Assembly: GCF_009914755.1 (NCBI RefSeq)
Contig: NC_060928.1
DNA length: 64,000 nucleotides
Strand: one strand, 5' to 3'
Source: the human T2T-CHM13v2.0 reference genome, Homo sapiens
Shown: in pieces, positions 21,351 to 57,195 of the stretch
How positions within the stretch are numbered: the stretch's first letter is position 1
How the letters are laid out: each line of letters opens with the position of its first letter
The notes under the pieces: model-generated
What the model saw: the letters and a program-made list of their open reading frames with translations, nothing else
Told to the model about the DNA's origin: nothing
Databases searched by the model: none
Position numbers and translations under genes: made by a program

Positions 21351-21605
21351 CTGGTCGCAGCCTCCAAGTTTCCCTAGTCCGCTCCCCGGGAGTCCGCGGC
21401 TGCACAGAACTCCATGGCTTCCTGGCCCGCCCCGCCCCTGCGCTCAGCCTTTGCAAAAGCAGCCGCTGCTGGCGCTACGGGCGCCGCGGCTGAGGCTGCT
21501 GCGAGTGGTGAGGATGCTACTGCCACAGCTCGCCCCGCCACGGGTCGCGCGGCTGTCGTGTGCCCACTGAAGCTGCTCCCGGCCGCCATGACAGCGCCGA
21601 GTGCT
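21351..21605 (-). other. LRBA: Candidate distal non-coding first exon of LRBA (start approximate)
   Basis: Donor CAG|GTGCAC (GT at 21350-21349). The exon lies in the CpG island immediately downstream of the GC-box/NRF1 cluster at 21610-21700. The TSS is inferred, not visible in the sequence. Confidence 0.6.
21374..21589 (-). other. Upstream ORF (71 aa; internal in-frame AUG at 21415 gives 13 aa) in the distal first exon
   Basis: GCTGTCATGG (21589) and GAAGCCATGG (21415) both have -3 purine and +4 G. Both are in one frame ending at TAG 21376-21374. Confidence 0.5.
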
Positions 21606-22721
21606 GCCGGGCGCGGCGTGCGCGTGCGCGAGCGCGAGTGCGCGGGGCGGGAGGGCGCGAAGGCGGAGGCAGCCGCGCGGCGGGGGCGCGGTGACGACGC
21701 GCGGACAGCCAAGGGGGCCCCGAGCCAGCCGGAGTGCTGGGCTGGGGCTTCCGGCTGCACTAGGCGCGCTGCTCTGGTAGCACCAGGTGTGTACCCGGCC
21801 CGGCGAGGAGAGACCCTTCCGTCCGAGGGCCTACACTTTCCCCTCTCCCACTCTCGGACCTCGGGAGGTGCTTCTGCCAAGTCCTGAGGCGGGGATTTTG
21901 GCGCTCCTGCTGTTGTTAAGTTACCGTAGGGTCTCTTGGCGCGGAGGGAACACGCGCTGCGTTGCCTAGGTGTCTCATTGGACTTGGAGAAGAACACCTG
22001 AGGCACCTCTACGAGCCAGAGAGGTGACGGCGCTGGAGCCAGTGAGGCTGCTGTCCCTGCCCAATGGGAGCGAGGAGTCCCCACCCCTGGCTGCTTTCAG
22101 CTGTTGCCCGCCCGCCGCTCTCGGCGGAGACTTGGAGATTTCCACTGGGATACCTCGGCAGCTGCCGCCATTCGGGAGGGGAGGGGAGGGGACCGAGTCG
22201 ACGAGGAATGGGAAAGATTCCTTGCTTTGCAGCTGCCGCGCCACGAAACCTCTCCCACATTCATTCTAGGCAGAGGATTCCTGAGACAGCTGCTATAAAC
22301 AGCGTGGAGACAGGGTTCCTTGTGCCTGTAGACCTCCGAAGGGTTTTTTCCTCTCGTGATTTTCCAATGTGAAGATTAGGCTCGCGTCATTCTCAGAGTA
22401 GATCAAAAGATAAATTATATTAGGTAGTACAGATAGGTCCTCATACTCAGTGTCCCTTCTTTCCACCCGCTATTAACAGTAAACCATTCTTCCTAGTGAG
22501 TGAAAAATAAATTTAGAGGAAGGTGGTTTTTCACCCACGTGTATCCTTTGAGGTCAAAGGGCCTTTTTAAAAATACGCCTAGCTCCTAAAATGAAAGTGA
22601 AGCAAAAAGTGGGATTAAACAAAGGAAGAATTCTAGAGAACTTAGGAAAAAATTATAGTGGTTTGAGAAATAGTTTCCTGAAGAAAAAGTTATTTGAGAT
22701 GGCCTTGAGAAGTGGACAGAA

Positions 22722-27422
<4,701 letters not shown>

Positions 27423-27924
27423 TGAATGCAGTACTTAGTGTAGTTGATAAGGTGGTAGACAGTTTGGTTGATTTGTCTTTTCTATTTTTCCCTTCTCTAT
27501 TTGGTTATTAAGTAATATGTAAATAGGTAGACCATTTGCAGTGTTCTCTTATGATAGTAAGATAGTGCCATTAGAGTGCAATGAAATGTTGCACCACCAC
27601 ACCACCCTACCTTTGCAATTTATATAAGTGCATGTCACTAGAATGACTGTTGGCATTTATCAGCTAAGTTCTGAATGGCTTGTGCAGTTGAGGTCTCTGA
27701 GAGGTCACTCCATCCCCTTAAAGTGGTAGGTTTCCATTTCCATCATCAGGATAGAGGTAGGAGTTCACACAAGAAATGAGACACCAGGATGTTGACTTCA
27801 AGCAGACAGGAAAGGAGATTACTTTTCCTAGCCCTCATTCTCTGGGGTTTGAATGCTAAATTGCTTACCAGTACTCTAAGTAAAAAGAGAAAGATAACTT
27901 CTGCCATGTGGTAGCATGCTTGGA

Positions 27925-28098
27925 ACATTCCCTCTTGGAATCCAATCTATTTGGAGAAGCCACATGGAGAACAACTGAGACCCATCAGTTAACAACCCCA
28001 GCTGAATTCCCAGCCAACAACCAGCACCAACTACCTGCCATTACATGAGTAAGCCATCTTGAATATTCCAGCCTTCAGATAACAACAGCGCTAGCTGT
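27925..28098 (+). mobile_element. MaLR (MLT1G/H-like) LTR fragment
   Basis: GAAGCCACATGGAGA...CCCAGCTGAATTCCCAGCCAACAACCAGCACCAACT...ATGAGTAAGCCATCTTG. Confidence 0.6.
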
Positions 28099-28942
28099 TG
28101 GGGGTGCAGAATTGAACATGGGTCTAGTTAACCTACACAGAGTCTTGGGTTGTTTCTATATAGAAGAGACATAAAGCCAAAACATCAGGTGAAAGAGATT
28201 ATCTAGTTTTATTCCTGACCATATTACTTTTTTGGGGGGTTCGGAGGGGGACCATATTCCTTTTATTTGTTCAGAGTAAAAACTTTAAAAATGTTCCAGC
28301 CTGGTCACAGTATGCTGAAATCCAGAGTACCCATAATTGGGCCTGCATGTTAAAGAGGGTGAGGTGATACCCCCATATTTAGCCAGAGATTTTCAAGGGA
28401 CAGGGGAATTTTGTGGGATCACATTTGGGGTTATAAGGTCCACAAGGAATTTTCCAAGGAGGTTTTTCCCTTTGTTGCTGAGAAGACCTGGGTTTAATTT
28501 TATTAAAGGAAATATCCATTTCCTTACAGAAACTCCATATGATTTTCTTTGCTAAGAAATATGTACAAGCTCAACTCCACTAATAAAGGAATGTAAATTA
28601 AGATAGTTTGAGATAACATTGTTGCCTTTCTCATTGCAAATATTTATAGTATCCAGTGTTGCCAAAGGGGAAATGTACACTCTTATTTACTGCAAATGTA
28701 CAACATCACTGAGAGGCATTAATACACTGCACTTCCACTCTTAAGGATATATCCCAGGCGTAACCAGGTAGCTCAAAGGTACAGTTAAAATCATTTTCAT
28801 TTTAGAATTATTTATAATTTCAAAAACTTAGAAACGATCTAAATGTCTAATACACACAAAGAGAAGTTGTACATTCTGGTTCTTCCATACAGTGGGCATT
28901 GGAGGTAGTTAATGGACATGGAAAAGTTTCATGACATATTCA

Positions 28943-32482
<3,540 letters not shown>

Positions 32483-32980
32483 CTATAATTTGGATTTTAA
32501 AGATGAAAAATTGTGTGGGATGAGATGATTAACATATTTTCATTCCAGAAAGGGGCTTAGTTTTAGGCCTTTTCCTAAGAATGTTGAGAAACCAAAGATT
32601 AAGAAAAATGTCATCTCCCCATAGATATCACACTATCTTTAGTGAGGAGCTGTGTATAAGTATTACTTAACTGTTAAGCAAATAAATGTATTTGGAAGAT
32701 TCATGTTGCTGTGTGTGGCACACAGTCCTAGGAAACTGGTGTGACACAGTCCTAGAAAAGCATATGGTCACCTTTGTCATACATGCAGCCAGGCTCAAAT
32801 ATAGAAAATGACAATTTGAAGCTGTAATTCCCCAATTCAGTGGGTCTTAGTCTTCAGTCATTAGATTCACCTGGAACCTTAAGCCTCACTTGATACAGTT
32901 TATAAATGCTAATACCCGATAGGTGCAGCACCAACATAATGCGCATGGAAGTCTTGGAATCATTTACCAAGAAGATCCTG

Positions 32981-34545
<1,565 letters not shown>

Positions 34546-34555
34546 TAAATGTTAA

Positions 34556-44148
<9,593 letters not shown>

Positions 44149-44503
44149 GGAAAGTGTTTTAAGAAAGAAGGAAAATTAAAGTGTTGAGTGCTGCAGACAG
44201 ACGAAGGATGAGGTCTAATCAAAGCCCACTGGTTTTTCTGGTGATTACAAGTAACCTTCAAGAGTATTGTCCCAGTGAAATGATAAAGGAAAAGCCAGAT
44301 TACCGAAGGCTTGAAAGTGAGTAGTGTTACCAGGTTCAAGAGGCCAAAGGAAAAAAAAAAGAAAGAAAGAAAGTGAGAAGGTGTTTACAAATGCCTGGAA
44401 CAGAGTGTAGATCGTAATTCTGGGATATGCAGTTCCTTCAGGGTTGAGCATGACACATCAGCGCCCTTCACAGAGTTCTATGCCCTAGCCAAGCCAGGCA
44501 TAT

Positions 44504-45344
<841 letters not shown>

Positions 45345-45929
45345 TAGCCAGGATGGTCTCGATCTCCTGACCTCGTGATCTGCCGGTCTCGGCCTCCCAA
45401 AGTGCTGGGATTACAGGCATGAGCCACCACGCCCGACCCTAAAAACTATAACTTTCTTGTGGCTCTTAACACGTTCAGCCTGGTATAAGAGGTAGGTAAA
45501 TATATGACTTCCCTTTTGAATCCATAAGGGATAAATAAACTTCGACAAATATTAAAACTACTTTTCAAGGTAAGATACTACCCATTCAAACAGGTAGTAG
45601 TTGTGTAGATCCAGGCAAGGAATTCAGATCAGAAAAATTAAATCAGAAGACTTTAGAGTTTCAATTTAATCCAACAAACATGTATTGAATGCTTTTTATG
45701 TGCAAAACATTGTGCCATCAAGGGCTTTAAGATCTAATGCAGGAGTCAGCAGACTTTTTTTCTTTTCTTTTCTTTTCTTTTTTCAAGACGGAGTCTCACT
45801 CTGTTGCCCAAGCTGGAATGCAGTGGCGCAATCATAGCTCCTTGTAACCTCAAACTCCTGGGCTCAAATGATCCTCTCACCTCAGCCTTCCAAACTGCTG
45901 AGAAACAGGCATGAACCACCACACCCACT

Positions 45930-46266
45930 GGAGCAAACATTTTTGATAAAAGGTAAGATATTAAAACTACTAAATTTTAGACTTGGCAGACCATATGATC
46001 TCTGTTGCAGCAACTCTACCATTTGTAGTGGGAAGGTATCCATAACATTATCTAAACAAATGTGGGTACCTGTATTCCAATAATACTTAATTTATGAACA
46101 CTGAAGTTTGATTTCATATAATTTTCACATATCATGATACACTTATACTTTTGAATTTTTGTCTCCAATGATCTAAAACTGTGAAAAAACATTTTTAGCA
46201 TGTGGACCATACAAAAAACAGGTGGCAGAGCAGGTTTGTTTCATGGGCCATAGTTTGCTGACCCCA
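45930..46266 (+). mobile_element. MER58B (hAT-Charlie MITE)
   Basis: GCAAACATTTTT...GGCCATAGTTTGCTGACCCC end, with internal GGACCATACAAAAAACAGGTGG. Confidence 0.75.
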
Positions 46267-46799
46267 ATCCAAAAAATAGTTCACTTAGATGTATGCCAAA
46301 GTTCTATCCTTAACACCAAAATAACCTACAGCATTACTGCCATTTTGACAAAATTTGTGATCAACATATCTGATATAAGGTAGATTTTCATTGATTTATT
46401 CAACAAGTATTCACTGAGTGTCGACCTTATTGCAAGTACTGTGCCAGGCACTGATGATAGAGCTGTGAAGAAGTTAGAAGTCTGGGCACCATGGCTCACG
46501 CCTGTAATCCCAGCACTTTGGAAAGCCAAGGCGGGTGGATGGCTTGACCCCAAGAGTTTGAAACCAGCCTGGGCAACCCTGTGAAACCGCATCTCTACAA
46601 AATCAAACAAACAAAAAAATCAAAAACCAAAATAAGCCAAGTGTGGTGGTGTGCTCCTGTAGTCCCAGCTACTGGGAGGCTGAGCCCAGGAAGTTGAGGC
46701 TGCAATGAGCCATAATCATGACACTGCACTCCAGCCTGGGCGACACAGTGACACCCTGTCTCAAAAAAATAAAAAATAAAAATAAAGCCAGAAAAGAAA

Positions 46800-47715
<916 letters not shown>

Positions 47716-48349
47716 TTTTTAATAAAGAGAGAGAAAAATCCATATCCTATGGAATTTATATTCTAGTGGGAAAGCCATAGAATATACCAATAACAAATAG
47801 GTAATATAATACCATTTACAGATTGTAAATCCAAATAGGATAATAAGATAGAGGGTAGTTGTGTGGATGAGAAAGTATTTTGGATAATGTGTTTGAAAAA
47901 TTTTCTCTGTAGAGGTATTCAACTGAAGGCATCAGGATGAGCCAGCCATATGAAATGAAAGTAGAAAAAGTATTCCAGGATTCCAGGTTAAGGAAACAGC
48001 AATTACAAAGGCAAACATGTCATGAAATTAAGTTGGAGAGGTAGGCAGGAACCATATTACATGAAAAAATGGGCCATGGTTATGCTTTGGATTTTAAAGT
48101 ACAATGAGATGGGGCCAGACATGGTGACTCACCTGTAATCCCAGCACTATGGAAGGCTGGGGCAGGAGGATTGCCTGAGGCCAAGAGTTAAAGACCAGTC
48201 TGGGCAACATAGGTAGACCACTGTCTCTACAAAAAGTGAAAAAAGTTAGCCTGGCATAATGGCATATGCCTATAGTCCAGCTACTCGAGAGGCTGAGGTG
48301 GGAGGATCACTTGAGTCTAGAAGGTTGAGGCTCCAGTGAGCTGTGATCA

Positions 48350-48715
<366 letters not shown>

Positions 48716-48817
48716 TCAAAAAAAAAAGAAAGAAAAGAAAAAAAAAGTGAATTTTGGCAGGACATGGTGGCTCACGCCTGTAGTCCCAGCACTTAGGGAG
48801 GCCAAGGCGGGCAGCTA

Positions 48818-49051
<234 letters not shown>

Positions 49052-49110
49052 TTATGGTATGTGAGTTGTATTTCAATAAAAAGTTGTTAATTAAAATAAA
49101 AATAAATTCA

Positions 49111-49440
<330 letters not shown>

Positions 49441-49491
49441 TCACTCTGGCTGACTGCGGCTTTCTTATATCATATGTTCTTACTGCCTTGT

Positions 49492-50217
49492 ACAATCATG
49501 TATCACTTAACAACAGGGATACGTTCTGAGAAATGCATCCTTAGGTGAAGAACTATATGATGTGAACATCATACAGTGTCCTTACACAAACTTAGATGGT
49601 ACAGCCTACTACACACCTAGGCTATATGGTTTGGCGTAGTAATATAATAATGTTCTTCAGCTACAAACCTACACAGTATGTCATTGTACTGAATACTGTA
49701 AGCAATTGTAACACCATGGTAAGTATTTCTGTATCTAAACATAGAAAAAGTAGAATAAAAATATGGTATGAAAGATTTAAAAATGAGCCACATGTAGTTG
49801 TACATGCTTGTAGTACCAAGTATTCAGGAGGCTGAGTCAAAAGGAGCACTTGAGCCCAGGAATTTCAGTCCAAACTGAGCAACACAGTGAGACCACATCT
49901 CTAGGGAAAAAACCATCTCTAAGGAAAAAATAAACTCACCATGAATATAGCTTGCAGGACTGGAAGTTGCTCTAGGTGAGTCAATGAGTAAGTAGTGAGT
50001 GAATGTGAAGGCCTAGGACATTACTGCACACTACTGTAGACTTTATAAACACTGTACACTTAGGCTACACTATATTTTAAAAGTAAGTAATTGCACTATG
50101 ACATTACAACAGCTACAATATCACTAGGCAATAGGAATTTTTCAGCTCCATTATAATCTGACAGGACCACCATGCAGTCAGTTGTTGACAGAAAGGTTGC
50201 TCTGCGGTGCATGACTG
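49492..50217 (+). mobile_element. Tigger3b-like (GOLEM/MER7) element with an inserted Alu monomer
   Basis: CAATCATGTATCACTTAACAACAGGGATACGTTCTGAGAAATGC ... GCGGTGCATGACTG|TA. Confidence 0.78.
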
Positions 50218-50453
50218 TATTAAGGTTCCAAATGTGTCTGATCTTTCCAACAGCCTGTAAGTGCCTGGGTAATGGGATCAATGTCCAATTTATCTTTACT
50301 TTACCCAGAATGTCCATTCCAGTGTCTTACTTGTGTTTTACATTCAGGGAATATTTGCAAAGTTAAAGAATTAACAAAAGAAAAACCACATCTCCATGAT
50401 AACTATATATTCTGTATGTCTTACACAATTAACATTTTTGGAATAAAAAATCA

Positions 50454-50802
<349 letters not shown>

Positions 50803-51372
50803 TTATAATTTTAATTAAATGTCATTGGTATAAAATACCCCAAGACAGTTCTGTTCAGTCATAAGATTGTTTTGGGGTGACTTCTGATTTTAGTTTTGTA
50901 TATTTTACCATATTTTTCAAGTTTCCTACAAATGCACTTGTAATGCTTTTTTTTTTTTTTTTTTTCCCATACAGAGTCTTACTCTGTCACCCAGGCTGGA
51001 GTGTAGTGTCATAATCACAAAATCGTGGCTCACTGCAGCCTCAGCCTCCTGGGTGATCCTCCCACCTCAGCCTCCTGAGTAGCTGGGACAAAAGGTATGT
51101 ACCATGCTGGGTTAATTTTTTATTTTTAGTAGAGATGGGGTCTTGCTATGTTGCCCAGGCTGGTCTTGAACTCCTGGGCTCAAGCAATCTGCCTGTCTCG
51201 GCCTCCCAAAGTGCTGGGATTACAGGCATGAGCCACTGTGCCCAGCCCGTAATACTTCTATATTCAAAAAAACAAGTGGCTTTTTTTAAGCCCTTGAAAT
51301 ACTCAACTCTTCTAAATTATAATATGCAGACACACAAAAAAGATTACGATGATTAACTTAAGAAACTGAGTA

Positions 51373-51827
51373 CAGTCATGTGCTGTATAATAACTGTTCA
51401 ATGATGGACCACATATACCGTGGTGGTCCTATAAGATTATAATACCAGGCCAGGTGAGGTGGCTCAAATCTGTAATCTCAGCATTTAAGGAGGCAGAGGC
51501 AGGAGGATCGCTTGAACCAAGCAGTTCTAGACGAGCCTGGGTGGCATAGTGAGACCTCATCTTTATTTATTTAAAAAATTTAAATTAAAAATTTTAAAGA
51601 TTATATCATATTTGTATGTGGTACAGTTGTCGACAGTATTCAGTACAGTAACATGCTGTATAGGTGTATAGCCTAGGCGCAACAGGCTCTACCATGTAGC
51701 CTAGGTGTGCAGTAGGCTGTACCATCTAAGTTCGTTTGAGTGCACTCTGTGATGTTCCCACAACATCAAAATCACCTAATGACGCCTTTCTCAGAACATA
51801 TCCTGGTCATTAAGAACACAGGACTGT
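51373..51827 (-). mobile_element. Tigger3a-like element (opposite orientation) with an inserted Alu monomer
   Basis: TA|CAGTCATGTG ... TTTCTCAGAACATATCCTGGTCATTAAG...GACTG|TA. Confidence 0.75.
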
Positions 51828-51938
51828 ATACATAATCCAAGAATGATTCCTGCCCAAATTTGGTACCTGCAGGGTTTTTCCACACCCAGTTGAGGCCACT
51901 TATTCATTTGTTTATTCATCAATAAAATACTGTCAGGC

Positions 51939-52045
51939 CAGGGCTAATAGTTACAGAACTCTGGGGGAGGGTCGGGGTATAGGGCCCATTGACATAGAAT
52001 ACAGTGTGAATGCGCCCTCTGGAGTTGTGTAACATTTAAGCACTA
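51939..52045. mobile_element. MER91-like hAT fragment carrying a CTCF-like motif (52012-52025)
   Basis: TGTGAATGCGCCCTCTGGAGTTGTG resembles the MER91 core GTGAATGGCGCCCCCTGGAGTTGTG. Confidence 0.55.
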
Positions 52046-52860
52046 AGCAGGTACTGTTCAGGCACGGTGCAAGCTCTGGAAATAAAACAATGGATAAGGC
52101 AGTTCTCACATTGTGTTACAAAAGCATGTTAAATTATCTGTCTCTCCCAATGTGAGGCCAGGAACCAGGTAGATGTTAAGTCAGATTTCTTTTCTTTTCT
52201 TTTGAGTCTTGCTCTGTCACCCAGGCTGGAGTGCAGTGGCACAATCTTGGCTCACTGCAACCTCCACCTCCCAGGTTCAAGCAATTCTTGTGCCTCAGCC
52301 TCTGGAGTAACCCGCCACCACACCCGGCTGATTTTTGTATTTTTAGTAGAGATGGGGTTTCACCATATTAGCCAGGCTGGTCTCAAACTCCTGACCTCAA
52401 GTGATCCACCCACCTTGGCCTCCCAAAGTGCTGGGATTACAGACGTGAGGCCACATGTAACATGTGTGTACAGGTGTACAGGCCACTGCGCCAGGCCATG
52501 AACAGATTTCTGAAGCAGGTGATGACTGAGGCGTTTACCCAGCAGAGAAGGGATAGAGTCAAAGAGGTTTCCAATCAGAAAAAAGCAGCGAGTGGGAAGG
52601 CAAAACGGGATTGTGTTTGACAAGTTCTGTTTGTCTGGGAAAAAGAGCAGGAGTAAGGGAGTGGAAAGAGACTTATACTGGAGGGATGTGTAAATCACAA
52701 CGAAGAATTTAGACTTAATCCTAAAGGCCAGGGGAATCAGTAAAGAGCTTTAAAGAGGAGAATGGCTTGATCAGATTTGTGCATTCCCAAACTAGACAAC
52801 TGGAATAGAGGTACCTCTGACTGAAGTCAGGAAGCCCTGTTTAGAAACTATAGCCTAAAA

Positions 52861-54135
<1,275 letters not shown>

Positions 54136-54199
54136 TCTCAGGCTCTAGTTCTACTGAAATACCTGTGGCTCCTCTAAAGAAGCAAGCTTCCCTCTCTAA

Positions 54200-54589
<390 letters not shown>

Positions 54590-54874
54590 TGAGGAGAGGA
54601 GGAAGCTCTCCCCGTTCTAAAAGCTTTAAATGCCAGTTATTTTCTTCACCCTCAGACAAACTCCTTCAGACCTCGCTTGGGGAGCCTCTGCACCCAACCC
54701 TCCCCCAGGAGGTTGTCCTTCCTATGTGCTCTCATGACAGCCTGTTTTTACCCCAAACATAGTGCTTACCAGAGAGATCCAGCACCCCACAATTTAACAT
54801 TTGAGCTTTTAAATATCACAAGTCGCCCTGAAACTCCAGGAAATGCAGTAATTTGCCAGTCCACTAAGGCATGA

Positions 54875-55620
54875 TGTCAAATTGCTACCGCCGGGATGGA
54901 GTTACAGCTCCTGAGGCCCCAGTGGGCGTGTGTTACCGTGTGCTGTTTCAGTTTAGCCATCCTCAGTTTAGCCATCCGCAGGCGGCTTGTGCTAGCTCAC
55001 TTAGACCCCTGCCTTATTGCAAGGACAGAGGGCTTTCTGTGTCCCGGGGTTTCTTGCCATGGTGTAGCGGAAGAATCAAGGACAGGTTGGATTGGAGAAT
55101 GAGTGCAAGGTTTTACTGAGTGGAAGTAGCTCTCAGCAGATAGGAGAGCCAGAAGGGAGATGGAGTGGGAAGGCGGTTTTCTCCTGGAGTGGGGCTGCTC
55201 AGCGGCCTGGGCTCTCCTCCAACCGCCCTGGCCAAACTCACCGTGGTCCTACTGGAGGATGGTCTGCCGGAGGATGGCCTGCCGGAGGATGGCCTGCCGC
55301 AGGATGGCCTGCCGGAGGATGGCCTGCCGCAGTCTTCAGGTGTGCTCTTCCGCCAGAGCCCAGCCACTATGTGTTCTTACGCCTGTGTGTTCCTCTCCAA
55401 GTGGAGCCGCTCCTGCCGGCCTGCTAGGGTCTCGGGTGCTTTTATAGGCACGGGATGGGGGCGTGGCGGACCAGAGTGGTCTTGAGAAATGCAACATTTA
55501 GGCAAGAAAACAAAAATGCGTGTCCTCACCTAGGTTCGTGGGCACAGGCCTGGGGGTGGAGCCCTAGCCAGGGACCCCTCCCTTCTCTACCCAGCACTTC
55601 CCTGCCCCTCTTCCGTATCA
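54875..55620 (-). mobile_element. Solo ERV1 LTR of the LTR27/LTR28 (LTR1/MER52-related) group
   Basis: Minus strand starts TGATACGGAAGAGGGGCAGGGAAGTGCTGGGTAGAGAAGGG. TATA CCTATAAAA at ~55448-55440, plus the family motif GTAACACACGCCCACTGGGGC..AGGAGCTGTAA. The left boundary is uncertain (possible TSD ATGA/ATGC). Confidence 0.72.
55254..55332. repeat. 15-bp minisatellite (GGAGGATGGCCTGCC)x5 inside the LTR
   Basis: Five head-to-tail units at 55254, 55269, 55284, 55299 and 55314, with at most one mismatch each. Confidence 0.95.
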
Positions 55621-56572
55621 ATGCCACCCCCAGGGGCCATATGGGGCCTAACAATAGGTGCTCAATAAATGGTTTCCTGGTTAAGGAAAGGAGGAATCCC
55701 AAGAATCTTGCCTTCTCTTACCCACAGGGAATCTCCTGGAGGTCATGGCCTCCATCTTGATCTTACTGAATTCCTAGCTCCTAGAATAGTGCCTGGCTGA
55801 TAAAAAGTACTCTCAATTTATTCATTGATTGCTTGTCTAAGTCTAATTTGTGTTTATCTGATACACATTTTCTTTCATTGAGGGTTTTCTATAAATATCT
55901 TTGAATATGTTTCTCTTTTTTTTTGAGACAGAGTTATGCTCTTGTTGCCCAGGCTGGAGTGCAATGGCACAATCTCGGCTCACTGCAACCTCCGCCTCCG
56001 GATTCAAGCGACTCTCCTGCCTCAGCCTCCTGAGTAGCTGGGGTTACAGGCGTGCACCACCACGGCCGGCTAATTTTTGTATTTTTAATAGAGAAGGAGT
56101 TTCACCATGTTGGCCAGGCTGGTCTCCAAATCCTGACTTCAGGTGATCCTCCCGCCTTGGCGTCCCAGTGTTGGGATTACAGGCATGAGCCACCGTGCCC
56201 GGCCTGAATATATTTCTTTTTTTTTTTCTAAATATATTTCTTTTATTTTATTTTTTTTAAATAATTGAAATGGGGTCTCACCGTATTGCCCAGGCTGGTC
56301 TTGAACTCCTGGCCTCAAGCAATCTGCCCACCTTGGCCTCCCAAAGTGCTAGGATTACAGGCATAAGCCACCACACCTGGCCATATAAATGTCTTTGAAT
56401 AGCAAAATAATGTACAAAAATATTAAATATGCCTAATTTAACAGATAATCAGCAGTTCTTTTCAGCTTTCAACTTTTATATTCATTGAAATAACTGCAGT
56501 GAGCCAAGATCATGCCATTGCACTTCAGCTATGGCGACAGAGCAAGACTCTGTCTCGGGGAAAAAAAAATTA

Positions 56573-56752
<180 letters not shown>

Positions 56753-56897
56753 CTACTCAGAAGCTGACACAGGTCGAGGCTGTAGTGAGACTGCAGTGAG
56801 AGATTGCACCACTGCATTCCAGCATGGGTGACAGAGTGAGACCCTGTCTCAAAAAAGTACTGTGGCAAAAATAAATATAATTAGGGGAAACTCTTAG

Positions 56898-57195
<298 letters not shown>

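Larger units (their letters stand above)
20860..22260. promoter_or_regulatory. LRBA: CpG island / LRBA promoter
   Basis: Very high GC and CpG density against AT-rich flanks. GC boxes (GGGGCGGG 21644-21651; CCCGCCCCGCCCC ~21426-21438), NRF1-like TGCGCGTGCGC (~21619-21629), CCAAT at 22061-22065. No interspersed repeats. Confidence 0.92.

Noticed and set aside
21374-22084. 236-aa minus-strand ORF and other overlapping ORFs across the CpG island
   Set aside because: Low-complexity products of stop-poor GC-rich DNA, starting upstream of the inferred TSS. Only the part from the AUG at 21589 is kept, as a uORF candidate.
55254-55332. Short regular repeats as a CRISPR array or repeat-protein gene
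   Set aside because: The units are head-to-tail with no spacers, the context is eukaryotic, and the array lies inside an LTR.
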